From an uncultured Ignavibacteria bacterium (lineage in GTDB: Bacteria; Zixibacteria; MSB-5A5; CAIYYT01), in the NCBI GenBank assembly GCA_964520555.1, contig CAZFNN010000001.1:253858-317857 (forward strand): a stretch of DNA of 64,000 nt. The letters are read 5' to 3'. The notes under the pieces are model-generated. The model did not search any database and was not told where the DNA came from. It saw nothing but the letters and a program-made list of their open reading frames with translations. This document shows positions 46,533 through 56,510 of the stretch, piece by piece (position 1 is the stretch's first letter; each line of letters starts with the position of its first letter). Position numbers and translations under genes: made by a program.

Positions 46533-47783
46533 GTGGACAAGATGGTCAAGATAAAGGCATTCAGGGGTTTACGGCCAAAGGTGGAACTGATAGACAAAGT
46601 TGCTACTCCTCCCTATGATGTGCTCTCCAGCGACGAAGCGCGCCGAATGGCGGCGGGCAATGACTTCTCATTCCTCCGGGTCACTAAACCGGAAATCACT
46701 TTCCCGCCCGATCACTCTCCTGCCGGCAACGACCTCTACGAACGCGCTCGCGATAATCTTCGCCGCCTGATCGAGGTCGGCGCGATGGCGCAGGATCAAG
46801 AAGAGTCCGTCTACGTCTATCGTCTGCGCTGGCGCGATGTCGACCAAACCGGCTACATGATCCTCTCTTCATGCGACGACTATCTGGAGGGCCGGATCAA
46901 GCGCCACGAATTCACTCGTCCCGACAAGGAGACCGATCGCACCAATCTGAACGACATTGTCAATGCCCAGACCGGTCCGGTCTTCCTCTTCTATCAGTCG
47001 GACTCCGATCTGGATGCGATTCTTGCCGCCATCGCCAAGACGGCGCCGGTATACGATTTTGTGGCGGCGGACGTTCGTCACGAATTCTGGATCGTCAACG
47101 ACAAGGCCAAGGTGAACGAGATCGTGGCGGCCTTCGCCGGACTGGAAGCAACTTATATCGCCGATGGCCACCATCGCTGTGCTGCCGCGGCCAATGTCTG
47201 CAAGCAGCGTCGTGCTGCGAGCGGCGGGCCGGGACATGACGAACCTTACGCATACTTCTTGTCCGTGGTGTTTCCGGAGAACCAACTGAAGATCCTCCCC
47301 TATAACCGCGTGGTCCGGGATCTCAACGGTCACGACCCCTCGGCGTTTCTCAACCTAATTCGCAGTCGCTTCGAGGTAACCGCCATGCCCGCCGGCAAGA
47401 CAGTTGAGCCGGAGGTTGACCGCGTACTCGGCATGTATATCGAAGATCGTTGGTATAAGCTTCAGCCATTGCCGAACAGCTACAACAAGTTTGATCCGAT
47501 CGAATCGCTCGACGTGAGTATTCTCCAGAAAAACCTCCTGGAACCGATTCTGGGCATCACCAAGCCGCGCACCGACAAGCGGATTGACTTTGTCGGCGGC
47601 ATTCGCGGTACCGGTGAGCTGGTCAAGCTTGTCGACTCGGGAAAATTCAAGGTGGCATTTGTCGTCCCACCCGTCAGCTTGCGTGCTCTGCGGAATGTGG
47701 CCGACACCGGGCAGGTGATGCCGCCAAAATCGACCTGGTTCGAGCCAAAATTGCGAGATGGGATAGCCGTTTATCTCCTGTAA
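46533..47783 (+). CDS. DUF1015-family protein
   Basis: 416 aa, IADGHHR motif; this family recurs next to serA/serC. Function unknown. Confidence 0.6.
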   Translation: MDKMVKIKAFRGLRPKVELIDKVATPPYDVLSSDEARRMAAGNDFSFLRVTKPEITFPPDHSPAGNDLYERARDNLRRLIEVGAMAQDQEESVYVYRLRWRDVDQTGYMILSSCDDYLEGRIKRHEFTRPDKETDRTNLNDIVNAQTGPVFLFYQSDSDLDAILAAIAKTAPVYDFVAADVRHEFWIVNDKAKVNEIVAAFAGLEATYIADGHHRCAAAANVCKQRRAASGGPGHDEPYAYFLSVVFPENQLKILPYNRVVRDLNGHDPSAFLNLIRSRFEVTAMPAGKTVEPEVDRVLGMYIEDRWYKLQPLPNSYNKFDPIESLDVSILQKNLLEPILGITKPRTDKRIDFVGGIRGTGELVKLVDSGKFKVAFVVPPVSLRALRNVADTGQVMPPKSTWFEPKLRDGIAVYLL

Positions 47784-47816
47784 CCATAGAATCAAGGTTC
47801 ATTTGAGGATGATGTT

Positions 47817-48707
47817 ATGAAGATTCTAATCTGTGACGCTTTTGATCCGACGCTTCCCGAACTGCTCAAGAAGCACGGCGAAGTGACCGCGGACATGAAT
47901 GAGCTCCCGAATGCTGCTGTCGCGCTGGTGCGCTCCAAGACGAAAGGCGACCGGGATTTCATCGACAAGGGCAAGTCACTGAAGATGATTATTCGCGGCG
48001 GCGTTGGCCTCGACAATATCGATGTCAAGTACGCGCGCGAGAAGAACATTGAAGTGCGCAACACTGCCGAGGCCTCCAGCATCGCGGTTGCCGAACTGGC
48101 CTTCGCCATGATGATCGCAGTTCCGAATCGGCTGGTTGAGGCCAACACCTCTATGCAGGCCGGCAAGTGGATGAAGAAGGAGCTGAAGCGCACCGAACTG
48201 TACGGCAAGATTCTCGGCATCATCGGCTGCGGCCGCATCGGCACCGAGTTGGCGCGGCGCGCCAAGGCGTTCGGCATGATGGTGGTCGGCTACGACCCGT
48301 CGGTCGATGTCTCCGAGGACATCCTGATCAAGCCGACGCTCCATGATATGCTGCCGATCTGCGATTACATCTCGATTCATACGCCCCTTACCGACCGAAC
48401 CCGTGGCTTCATTAATAAGGATACCATTGCCCGGATGAAGAACGGCGTCGTGATCATCAACACGGGGCGCGGCAAGTGCGTGATCGAAGCCGACGTGGTC
48501 GATGCACTGAAGTCGGGCAAGATCGGCTTCTACGCCAACGACGTCTGGTACTCCGATCCGCCGGAGAGTACTCCCCTGGTCGGGGCGCCCAATACCCTGC
48601 TGGCGCCGCATATCGGGGCTTCCACCAATGAGAACTTGCTGCGCATCGGCAAAGCCGTTGACAGGATTATTACCAAGGCGGCCGACGCCGGCTTCTTTGG
48701 TAAATGA
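47817..48707 (+). CDS. serA: D-3-phosphoglycerate dehydrogenase-like 2-hydroxyacid dehydrogenase (short form, no ACT domain)
   Basis: NAD-binding GIIGCGRIGTELARRAKAFGM, catalytic R/E/H region; 296 aa; lies next to serC. Confidence 0.7.
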   Translation: MKILICDAFDPTLPELLKKHGEVTADMNELPNAAVALVRSKTKGDRDFIDKGKSLKMIIRGGVGLDNIDVKYAREKNIEVRNTAEASSIAVAELAFAMMIAVPNRLVEANTSMQAGKWMKKELKRTELYGKILGIIGCGRIGTELARRAKAFGMMVVGYDPSVDVSEDILIKPTLHDMLPICDYISIHTPLTDRTRGFINKDTIARMKNGVVIINTGRGKCVIEADVVDALKSGKIGFYANDVWYSDPPESTPLVGAPNTLLAPHIGASTNENLLRIGKAVDRIITKAADAGFFGK

Positions 48708-48721
48708 GAGGATAAACAGCC

Positions 48722-49804
48722 ATGAAACGCGTCTTTAATTTCAACCCCGGCCCGGCGGCGTTGCCTGAAGAAGCGCTGAAAACCGCTGCGGCCGAGATGC
48801 TCGATTACAAAGGCACCGGCATGTCGGTGCTGGAGATGAGCCACCGTTCGAAGGACTTTGAAGCTATTCTTGCCGAAACCAAGAGCCTGGTCAAAAAGCA
48901 CCTGGCCGTCCCCGACAACTTCCAGATTCTGTTCATGGGCGGCGGCGCTTCCCTGCAATTCGCGATGCTGCCGATGAACTTCCTCTCGCAGGGGCAGTCG
49001 GCTGACTATGTGATTACGGGAGCGTGGGCGCAAAAGGCGGCATCCGAGGCCAAGCTCTTCGGTACGGTCAATGTCGCGGCCACCTCGGAACCGGACAAGT
49101 TCACCTGGGTGCCGAAGAACGACCAGATCAAGTTGAATCCGGCCGCTCAGTACGTGCACATGACCTCAAACAACACCATCTTCGGCACGCAATTGCGTGA
49201 ATACCCGAATACCGGCAATGTGCCGCTGGTCGTGGACATGTCGTCGGATATCATGTCAAAACGCGTCGATGTCTCGAAGATGTCGTTTGTTTACGCGGGA
49301 GCACAAAAGAACATGGGACCGGCCGGAGTGACCGTGCTCCTCATCCGCGACGACTTTCTGCCAAAACAGAAGACCGGTTTGCCGAAGATTCTGAGCTACT
49401 CGACTTACGTGAAAGAGAACTCACTCTACAACACGCCGCCGGTGTATGCGATCTACATCACGATGCTGACCATGAGCTGGATCGACTCGGTCGGCGGATT
49501 GGGCGAGGTCGAAAAACGCAACAAGCGCAAGTTTGATTTGCTGTATGGCCAAATCGACGGCTCCAACGGCTACTATCGCGGTACCGTCCGTCCCGACAGC
49601 CGCTCCTGGATGAACGCCACCTTGCGTCTCGGTTCCGAGGAGCTGGAAGACAAGTTCATTAAAGAGGCGAAGGCGGCGGGATTCGTTGGACTCAAAGGCC
49701 ATCGTTCGGTCGGCGGCGTGCGGGTCTCGATGTACAACGCCGTGTCGGTTGAAGCGATTGAGAAGCTGGTCGAGTTCATGAAGAACTTCCAGAAGAAGAA
49801 TTAG
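48722..49804 (+). CDS. serC: Phosphoserine aminotransferase
   Basis: MKRVFNFNPGPAALPEEAL N-terminus, PLP-Lys region (YAGAQKNMGPAGVTV), 360 aa. Confidence 0.9.
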   Translation: MKRVFNFNPGPAALPEEALKTAAAEMLDYKGTGMSVLEMSHRSKDFEAILAETKSLVKKHLAVPDNFQILFMGGGASLQFAMLPMNFLSQGQSADYVITGAWAQKAASEAKLFGTVNVAATSEPDKFTWVPKNDQIKLNPAAQYVHMTSNNTIFGTQLREYPNTGNVPLVVDMSSDIMSKRVDVSKMSFVYAGAQKNMGPAGVTVLLIRDDFLPKQKTGLPKILSYSTYVKENSLYNTPPVYAIYITMLTMSWIDSVGGLGEVEKRNKRKFDLLYGQIDGSNGYYRGTVRPDSRSWMNATLRLGSEELEDKFIKEAKAAGFVGLKGHRSVGGVRVSMYNAVSVEAIEKLVEFMKNFQKKN

Positions 49805-49834
49805 CTGATCGAACTCGAGATGCCCGGCAACTTC

Positions 49835-49872
49835 AAGCGCCGTCGGCCGACCGACGGCGCTTCGTCTTTTCC
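49835..49872 (+). terminator. Intrinsic terminator after serC (convergent with the next gene)
   Basis: AAGCGCCGUCGG-CCGA-CCGACGGCGCUU (12-bp stem) followed by CGUCUUUUCC. Confidence 0.6.
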
Positions 49873-49885
49873 GGTGCTGCAGAAG

Positions 49886-51160
49886 TTAGGCGCGGGCGGC
49901 GACGGCCAAGCCTTCGTCCAGCGCGGCGATGAGGTCGTCGGGGTCTTCCAAACCGATCGACAGCCGTACCAGTTCGTCGGTGATGCCGATCTTCTGACGA
50001 ACTTCTGGCGCAACTCCGGCGTGCGTCATCGAAGCCGGATGCTGGATCAACGAATCAACGCTGCCGAGGCTGACCGCGAGAGTGAAGATCTTGAGGTTGT
50101 TCATCAGCCGGCGTGCGGCTTCATAGCCGCCGCGCAACTCGAAGGCCAGCACGCCGCCAAAGGCATGCATTTGCCGTCGCGCCAACTCATGCTGCGGATG
50201 GCTGGGCAGACCCGGGTAGTAGACGCGCCGGATGGCCGGATGTCGCTCAAGATGCTGCGCGATCCTGAGGGCGCTGGCACAATGGCGATCCATCCGCAGC
50301 GCCAGCGTCTTCAGACCGAGATAGATGAGCCAGCTGTCAAACGGCGACGGGCAGCCACCGAGGTCCTTGATGACGCCGTACAGCTTGTCCTTGAAACTCT
50401 CATTGTCGGTGACCACGGCGCCGCTGATCACATGACCGTGCCCGGAGATGTATTTCGTCGCGGAATGCATCACGACCTCGGCGCCAAGTTCGAGCGGTCG
50501 CTGCAGATACGGCGTTGCATACGTGTTGTCGACAATCACCAAGCATTCGGGGTTGTAACGTTTGGCGATGTCGGTAACGGCGGCAATGTCGGTTATGGTC
50601 ATGGTCGGATTTGTCGGAGTCTCGAAATAGACGCCCTTGGCCCTGGGATTCGCCTGTATCGCCCGCTCGACCTGGGCGAGATCGGAGGTATCGACAACGA
50701 CGACTTTGACACCGAAGCGGGGCAGCACGTGGGTGAAAAGGCTGTCGGTGCAACCGTAGACGACTTCACCGCGAATCAGCGTGTCGCCCTGCTGCGCGAG
50801 GGCGAACATGATACTTGAAATCGCCGACATCCCCGAAGAAAACAGCAGCGACGAAACCCGCACCCCTTCCGGATCGCGCAGCTTGACACCGCTCCCCTCG
50901 AGGGCATTGAGCTTGGCCTCGGCAGTGACCACTGTCGGATTGCCGAGGCGAGTATAGATGAAACCATTGTCTTCGGCCGCGAACAGTTTTCTCCCCTGCT
51001 CCGCATCATCAAAGACAAAGGTCGATGTCTGATAAATGGGGACGGTGTGCGCGTTGGAATGGTGGCCGGCGATATGTTCCCCGGCGTGCAGGGCACGGGT
51101 GGAAAAGCCGTGTTTGAGGAAGAACTCTTCGACGGCATTCAGGCTTTTTGAATCTTCCAT
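49886..51160 (-). CDS. Cys/Met-metabolism PLP-dependent enzyme (methionine gamma-lyase / cystathionine gamma-synthase family)
   Basis: HSATKYISGHGHVISGAVV (PLP-Lys region), 424 aa. Confidence 0.8.
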   Translation of the reverse strand: MEDSKSLNAVEEFFLKHGFSTRALHAGEHIAGHHSNAHTVPIYQTSTFVFDDAEQGRKLFAAEDNGFIYTRLGNPTVVTAEAKLNALEGSGVKLRDPEGVRVSSLLFSSGMSAISSIMFALAQQGDTLIRGEVVYGCTDSLFTHVLPRFGVKVVVVDTSDLAQVERAIQANPRAKGVYFETPTNPTMTITDIAAVTDIAKRYNPECLVIVDNTYATPYLQRPLELGAEVVMHSATKYISGHGHVISGAVVTDNESFKDKLYGVIKDLGGCPSPFDSWLIYLGLKTLALRMDRHCASALRIAQHLERHPAIRRVYYPGLPSHPQHELARRQMHAFGGVLAFELRGGYEAARRLMNNLKIFTLAVSLGSVDSLIQHPASMTHAGVAPEVRQKIGITDELVRLSIGLEDPDDLIAALDEGLAVAARA

Positions 51161-51248
51161 AGGTCATCTCCGAAATTGCAGGAAGCGCTCAATCGTATCG
51201 GTGGGAATATAGGTGCGACCGGTGCCGCGCGTAAGCGGTTATTCGCGC

Positions 51249-51884
51249 TTACGCAATTTCCGGGCGATCCGGCATCTCGTTGACATCGCCGGGTTGAATC
51301 GGAAAATACTCCGCCAATTTGGCGCCGATCTCGCGAATGGCAACGATCAACCCCTCGCTGTGGCGGTCGTCCTTCATCGAGGCCACCAGCAGAGCGTGCG
51401 GATGATCCCAATAGCTCGCCGGTAGCTTATCGGCGATGGCCTTGTCCGCAATAATGGCGGCTTCGCATTCGGCCAGCGAGATCAGAATCAAAACGCCGGT
51501 TTGCCCCTTGGTGGCGGTCAGATCGCGGAAGATCTGCAGCCCGCGCCGCCACACGAATCCACGCCGGCGGCCGGCCGTACGCAGGAGCGGCGCCAGGCCG
51601 AAAAAGCCCAGGAGAAACGCGATCAGTCCCCAGAGCGTCGCCTGCGAGAAGTCGTAATAGACGCCCCAATTGACTTCGCGCGTCAGGCACAGCGAAATGG
51701 CAACGCCAACCAGCGAGGCAAAGCTGGCGACAAGGATTCGTTCGGACAACCACGCGTGCGATTGCGGCGAAATGCGAACGACGATCTCACCGCTGGTGCG
51801 CGTCTCAACTTCAGCCACTGCGGCTTTGATCGCCTCGAAGTCAACCTCGGAGAAGTACTGATTGATGATTCGATGCGTTGCCAT
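51249..51884 (-). CDS. TPM-domain (TLP18.3/YgcG-like) membrane protein
   Basis: GVLILISLAE.EAAIIADKAI... TPM core, two TM helices; start trimmed to MATHRIINQYF. Confidence 0.6.
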   Translation of the reverse strand: MATHRIINQYFSEVDFEAIKAAVAEVETRTSGEIVVRISPQSHAWLSERILVASFASLVGVAISLCLTREVNWGVYYDFSQATLWGLIAFLLGFFGLAPLLRTAGRRRGFVWRRGLQIFRDLTATKGQTGVLILISLAECEAAIIADKAIADKLPASYWDHPHALLVASMKDDRHSEGLIVAIREIGAKLAEYFPIQPGDVNEMPDRPEIA

Positions 51885-51888
51885 CAGA

Positions 51889-52662
51889 TCACCAGCCTCC
51901 CGAGGCGCCGCCGCCGCCGGACGAACCGCCGCCGAAACTGAAGCCGCCGCCCGAACTGTGACTGCTGCCGCCGCCACTTCCCCAGTGCCAATCGCTGGAG
52001 CGACCCGAACCACTGAAAATCGATCCCCAGCCTGCCCCTTTCTTCGTAGCTTGCCGGATTCCCGAGATCACAATGAAGAGAACCCAGATAATGAAGAAGA
52101 CCGGGAAAGCTAAGGGGAGAAAGTCGGGAAAATTGTCTTCCGGGGGTGGTGCAGGATCGTACTCGCCGCCAATGGCGATGATGATTCCGTCAACCACCGC
52201 CCCAATCCCCTCGTCCCAGTTACCGGCGCGGAAGCTCTGTGCCATCGGCGAGTCGCGGCGCACCAACCGCCCGGCCTCGAGGTCAGTCAAGCTTTCTTCG
52301 AGTCCGTAGCCGACCTCGATTCGCGCCTGCTTATCTCCGACCGCCATCAGAAACAACACGCCGTTATCGCCTTTGGCCTTGCCGACGCCCCAGGTATTGA
52401 ATACCTCGTGGGCGTAGTCCTCCAGCGACTCGCCCTCCAGCGAAGGAATGATCAAGACGGCGATTTCGTTCTGCGACTGATCGCGATAGGTGAGAATCTT
52501 CTGTTCGAGCGCTGAGCGTGCGTCGTCACTGAGCAGCCCGTCAAGGTCGGTCACGGGTGAGGTGTAACCGGGCACCTCGAGGGCGGCCGCCAGGGCAACC
52601 AGCATCAGAGCCAGCGTTGCCGCCCAGCCGGCGGCGTATCGCGAACGAAGATATCTACTCAA
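51889..52662 (-). CDS. TPM-domain protein with Gly/Ser-rich C-terminal tail
   Basis: NEIAVLIIPSLEGESLEDYAHEVFNTWGVGKAKGDNGVLFLMAVGDKQARIEVGYGLE (TPM signature). C-terminal GSGGGSSHSSGGGFSFGGGSSGGGGASGGW. Confidence 0.7.
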   Translation of the reverse strand: MSRYLRSRYAAGWAATLALMLVALAAALEVPGYTSPVTDLDGLLSDDARSALEQKILTYRDQSQNEIAVLIIPSLEGESLEDYAHEVFNTWGVGKAKGDNGVLFLMAVGDKQARIEVGYGLEESLTDLEAGRLVRRDSPMAQSFRAGNWDEGIGAVVDGIIIAIGGEYDPAPPPEDNFPDFLPLAFPVFFIIWVLFIVISGIRQATKKGAGWGSIFSGSGRSSDWHWGSGGGSSHSSGGGFSFGGGSSGGGGASGGW

Positions 52663-53266
52663 AGAGCTGCTTCACATTGGGCGCCTGCTGTGCCTCAGCA
52701 CTGGCGGCGAAATACGGTTTTTCATACGGGTAGCCGAAGACCGTGCCGGCAAGTAGCGCTCCGATGCCCTTTTGACGGAACGTGTTGTATTCCCGCACCG
52801 TTTCGTTGTAGACCCGCCGTTCCTGGGCGATGCGATTCTCGGTGCCTTCGAGCTGAGTTTGCAGGTCGGCGTAGAGCGCTTCACCTTTGATGTCCGGATA
52901 GCGCTCGACCACCACATTGATGAAAGAGTTCAACTGCTTCGATAGCTGTCCCGACAGCGAATCGAGCAGAACGGGGTTGCCCTGCTTCAACGCCGCTTCG
53001 GCCGAACCCTTCAGATCCAGCACCTTTTGCCGCATACCGATCACCTCGGTCAGGGTTTCCTGCTGTCGTTTCATGAAGTTGTCAACGCTGGCGACAAGAT
53101 TGGGGATGAGATCGAAGCGTCGTTGATAAACATTCTGGACTTGCGACCATTTCTCGTCAATCGCCTGCGAACGGTCAATCAAGCCACCGCGATTGCTCCA
53201 GACCCAGCCGCCGACGATCAGCACCAGGATCAGGAGTACGGCCAGGATGATACCGAAAACTTTCAT
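52655..53266 (-). CDS. LemA-family protein
   Basis: N-terminal TM helix then the LemA helical domain (RRFDLIPNLV....ERYPDIKGEALYADLQTQLEGTENRIAQERRVYNETVREYN). Conserved lemA-TPM-TPM operon. Confidence 0.8.
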   Translation of the reverse strand: MKVFGIILAVLLILVLIVGGWVWSNRGGLIDRSQAIDEKWSQVQNVYQRRFDLIPNLVASVDNFMKRQQETLTEVIGMRQKVLDLKGSAEAALKQGNPVLLDSLSGQLSKQLNSFINVVVERYPDIKGEALYADLQTQLEGTENRIAQERRVYNETVREYNTFRQKGIGALLAGTVFGYPYEKPYFAASAEAQQAPNVKQLFE

Positions 53267-53379
53267 GAGGACGTCTCGCTTTCCGTGAGATGTTTGTTCG
53301 CCGCAAATCAATGCCTCGCGGTCGACTTTCGCAACCAGATTCTGTGACTATTACGAAGATTCTGCGGGAGGGTTGCGGT

Positions 53380-55077
53380 TTATTGCCGGCGCAGCTTGTC
53401 CGGCACGGTTTTGTTGTCGGGGTCGAGCGCCAGCACGGTCTTCCACGCGTCGCGCGCGGACTCCAAATTGCCGAGTGCGTATTGAATATCGCCGAGATGC
53501 TCGATAACGATGGGATCGTTGTTGGTCAGTCTCACCGCTTTCTGAATCTGGATCAATGCTTCGTCATACCGCCCCAGCCGGTAAAGCACCCAGGCAAAGC
53601 TGTCGAGATAGGCGCCGTTCTCCGGCTCCGCGTTCACCGCCTTCTCGATCATCGTCAGCGATTCTTCCAGCCGCACGCCCTTATCGGCCAGCATGTAACC
53701 GAGGAAATTCAATGCCTGATGATTGTCGGGATCGATCTTCAACACGGCGGCAAATGACTCGACCGCGCGGTCGAACTCGCCTTGCTTCTCGTATTCAGCG
53801 CCCAATTGAAACAAGGCGCGGATCGAGTCGCCGCCCTCCGCCAGGACGCTGTCCAATATCGTAATCGCGCTGTCGGATCGGTTCAATTGTGAGAGCAACT
53901 GCGCATAGAACAACTGGACATTGCTTCGATCTTCCTTCACCACCGCCAGCGCGGCTTCGAGCGTCTTGAGTGCGCTGTCGGGCAACTGCTGCTGTTGTCG
54001 GATCAGCGCCAGATTGGTCCAGCCGTCCGGCATCGTCGAATCCACGGCGACCAAACGGTTGAAGTAGCCCAGGGCCGGCACCCACTGCTTGCGCTCGATC
54101 TCAATGCGGCCGAGATAAAACAGCGCGTAGCGATTGACCGGGTCGCGTTCCAGCAGTCTGCTATACAGTTTCTCGGCCAGGTCGGCCTGACCGGCACGCA
54201 TCATCACGATCCCGATCCTCTCAATCACCAGCGGTTCGGGCTCCTTTGCGGCGGCCAGCATTTCACCATAATACCGCAATGAGTCAGGATTGCCTTCGGC
54301 GTTGAACGTTTCAATCAACTGCGCGATCAATCGCGCGTTGGTGCTATCGGCGGCAAGGCCCCGCCTCAGGGCATCCTTCGCGGCCTCCGGCTTGCCGGCA
54401 TTGTAGTGGTAGACCGCCAGCGCCGAGTAAAGTCCGCCATCCTTCGGATTCAGCCGCAACGCCGATTCGATCACGACGGTGGCAGAGTCATAGAGCTTGA
54501 GATCGGCGTACATTTGAGCGATCTGCACAAACAACTCGGTATTCCGGGACAAGGCCGCTGCATTGCGCAAGTACTTGGCAGCCTCGTCGATGCGGTTGGC
54601 GCGTGCGGCATAAGCACCGAGCTGGTAATTCAACGCGACGTTGGCAGAATCGGTAGCCCAGGCGCGGCGATAGGCGTTTTCGGCCTCGGCATCCTGGCGC
54701 AGCGACCGGAAGCAATCGCCAATCAAGCGATAGGTGTCGGCGGTCTTGTCGGCGATTGGAAGAAACGTGTCCAGCGCTTGCGCGGGGCGGTTCATGCCGA
54801 GATAGAGCTGCCCCAGCGCCATGCGGATGTCGAAAGACAGCGGTTCGTACGTCAGCGCCTGCTCGTACTCGTGGGCCGCCTCCTCGACCATCCCTTCTTG
54901 CTCGTAGATCACGCCGTTGGTGAAATGATGATACGCCTCTTCGTTCATTTCACGCTCCGGCAGTATTTTTACCGGCTTCGTCGTCGCCGCAGTCGTCTGC
55001 TTCTGCGCTGCGCACCCGGCAACGGCAACAATCAGAAACAGTCCTGCAATCAGGTGATGAACGAGCAGCTTCTTCAT
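53380..55077 (-). CDS. Tetratricopeptide-repeat lipoprotein
   Basis: Lipobox IVAVAGC, then more than 10 TPR units; 565 aa. Confidence 0.7.
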   Translation of the reverse strand: MKKLLVHHLIAGLFLIVAVAGCAAQKQTTAATTKPVKILPEREMNEEAYHHFTNGVIYEQEGMVEEAAHEYEQALTYEPLSFDIRMALGQLYLGMNRPAQALDTFLPIADKTADTYRLIGDCFRSLRQDAEAENAYRRAWATDSANVALNYQLGAYAARANRIDEAAKYLRNAAALSRNTELFVQIAQMYADLKLYDSATVVIESALRLNPKDGGLYSALAVYHYNAGKPEAAKDALRRGLAADSTNARLIAQLIETFNAEGNPDSLRYYGEMLAAAKEPEPLVIERIGIVMMRAGQADLAEKLYSRLLERDPVNRYALFYLGRIEIERKQWVPALGYFNRLVAVDSTMPDGWTNLALIRQQQQLPDSALKTLEAALAVVKEDRSNVQLFYAQLLSQLNRSDSAITILDSVLAEGGDSIRALFQLGAEYEKQGEFDRAVESFAAVLKIDPDNHQALNFLGYMLADKGVRLEESLTMIEKAVNAEPENGAYLDSFAWVLYRLGRYDEALIQIQKAVRLTNNDPIVIEHLGDIQYALGNLESARDAWKTVLALDPDNKTVPDKLRRQ

Positions 55078-55078
55078 A

Positions 55079-56302
55079 CTACTTTCGCGCCAGCGTTCCT
55101 TTCACACGATAAAACCCGCGCTTGCCGACCTTCAGCAAGTATTCCCGTTCGACCTTTAACTGCGCGTTCTGATCCGAGACACGCTCGTTGTCCACGGCAA
55201 TTCCTCCCTGCTTGACCAACCTTATCACTTCACTGGTGCTGGACATGATCTGCAACTCGACCAGTAATTTAGGTAGCCAGATCGTATCCTCCCCCCAAGC
55301 GTACTGCAGTGACGGAATCTCGTCCGGCAGCCCCTTCTTGGCGAAGATATTTTCAAATTCCTTCTCCGCCTGCTCGGCAGCCGTCACATCATAGTACATA
55401 CGCACAATCGTCCGCCCCAGTTCCTTCTTGAATCTGACCGGGTTCTCACCCGCGGCGATCTGCCGGTCGATTTCGTCGATCTGGGCAAACGGATAGTCGC
55501 TGACGAGCCGGAAATACGGAATGATCAGCCGATCCGGAATCGACATCACCTTGCCGAAGATTTCTTTCGGCGGCTCGGCCACGCCGATGTAGTTGCCGAT
55601 CGACTTGCTCATCCGCTGGATACCATCGACGCCTTCGAGGACTGGGAGCGTCAAGGCGACCTGCGGTTCGACGCCGTAAGCCTCCTGAATCTGGCGGCCG
55701 GTCAACAAATTGAATTTCTGTTCGGTCGCACCCAGTTCGACGTCCGCCTTGATCGCCACTGAGTCGTACGCCTGCATCAATGGGTACAGCAGCTCGTGGA
55801 TCGAAATCGGCGCCTGCTCCGCCCAGCGTTTGGCAAAATCCTCGCGCTCCATCATTCGTGCCAAAGTCATCTTGCCGGTCAGACGCAGAATATCGGCAAA
55901 GGCCATCTGCGCCAGCCACTCGCCGTTGCGGCGCACCTCGCACATCTCGGCTGGTATTACCTTGTAGAATTGTTCGAGATAGGTATGTGCATTCGCCTCA
56001 ACCTGCTCGAGCGTCAACTGCGGCCGGGTGACCAAGCGGCCCGAAGGATCACCCACTTGGGCGGTATAATCGCCGATGATGATGACAATGTGATGTCCAA
56101 GGTCGGCAAATTGCCGCAGCTTGCGCAGCCCGACTGTGTGACCGAGGTGGATATCGGGCGCGGTCGGATCAAAACCTTGTTTGATCACCAGCGGCTTGCC
56201 GGTCCTGACCGCACGCTCCAGCTTCTTTTCCAGCTCCCCCTCAGGAAGGATTTCCACCGCATTCTCACGAATTTTCATCATCTGTTCGGCAACAGAGAGC
56301 AT
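55079..56302 (-). CDS. tyrS: Tyrosine--tRNA ligase
   Basis: HIGH variant (DIHLGHTVGL), KMSKS, C-terminal S4-like domain; 407 aa. Confidence 0.95.
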   Translation of the reverse strand: MLSVAEQMMKIRENAVEILPEGELEKKLERAVRTGKPLVIKQGFDPTAPDIHLGHTVGLRKLRQFADLGHHIVIIIGDYTAQVGDPSGRLVTRPQLTLEQVEANAHTYLEQFYKVIPAEMCEVRRNGEWLAQMAFADILRLTGKMTLARMMEREDFAKRWAEQAPISIHELLYPLMQAYDSVAIKADVELGATEQKFNLLTGRQIQEAYGVEPQVALTLPVLEGVDGIQRMSKSIGNYIGVAEPPKEIFGKVMSIPDRLIIPYFRLVSDYPFAQIDEIDRQIAAGENPVRFKKELGRTIVRMYYDVTAAEQAEKEFENIFAKKGLPDEIPSLQYAWGEDTIWLPKLLVELQIMSSTSEVIRLVKQGGIAVDNERVSDQNAQLKVEREYLLKVGKRGFYRVKGTLARK

Positions 56303-56343
56303 CGGTCCTCCGCAGTAGCAATAAGATCATTATCGGCAACAAA

Positions 56344-56366
56344 TTGGCGGCCATTGGTGCCGCCAA
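56344..56366 (-). promoter_or_regulatory. Hairpin TTGGCGGC-N7-GCCGCCAA followed by a U-tract in the tyrS 5' leader (possible attenuator)
   Basis: Perfect 8-bp inverted repeat about 40 nt upstream of the tyrS start. On the tyrS (minus) strand it is followed by AUUUGUUG. Confidence 0.35.
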
Positions 56367-56510
56367 CCCAAACAATACGCGATCGGCCGTACTGCAACAA
56401 GCGATAAAAAGTCGCCTGAAAGTCCGCCGACACCGGAATTACGCTATGCGACCGGCCTGTCCATTCGTACATTCCGTCCTTCGTGGCGGCTGTGTGCTGA
56501 GGCTGTAGCA

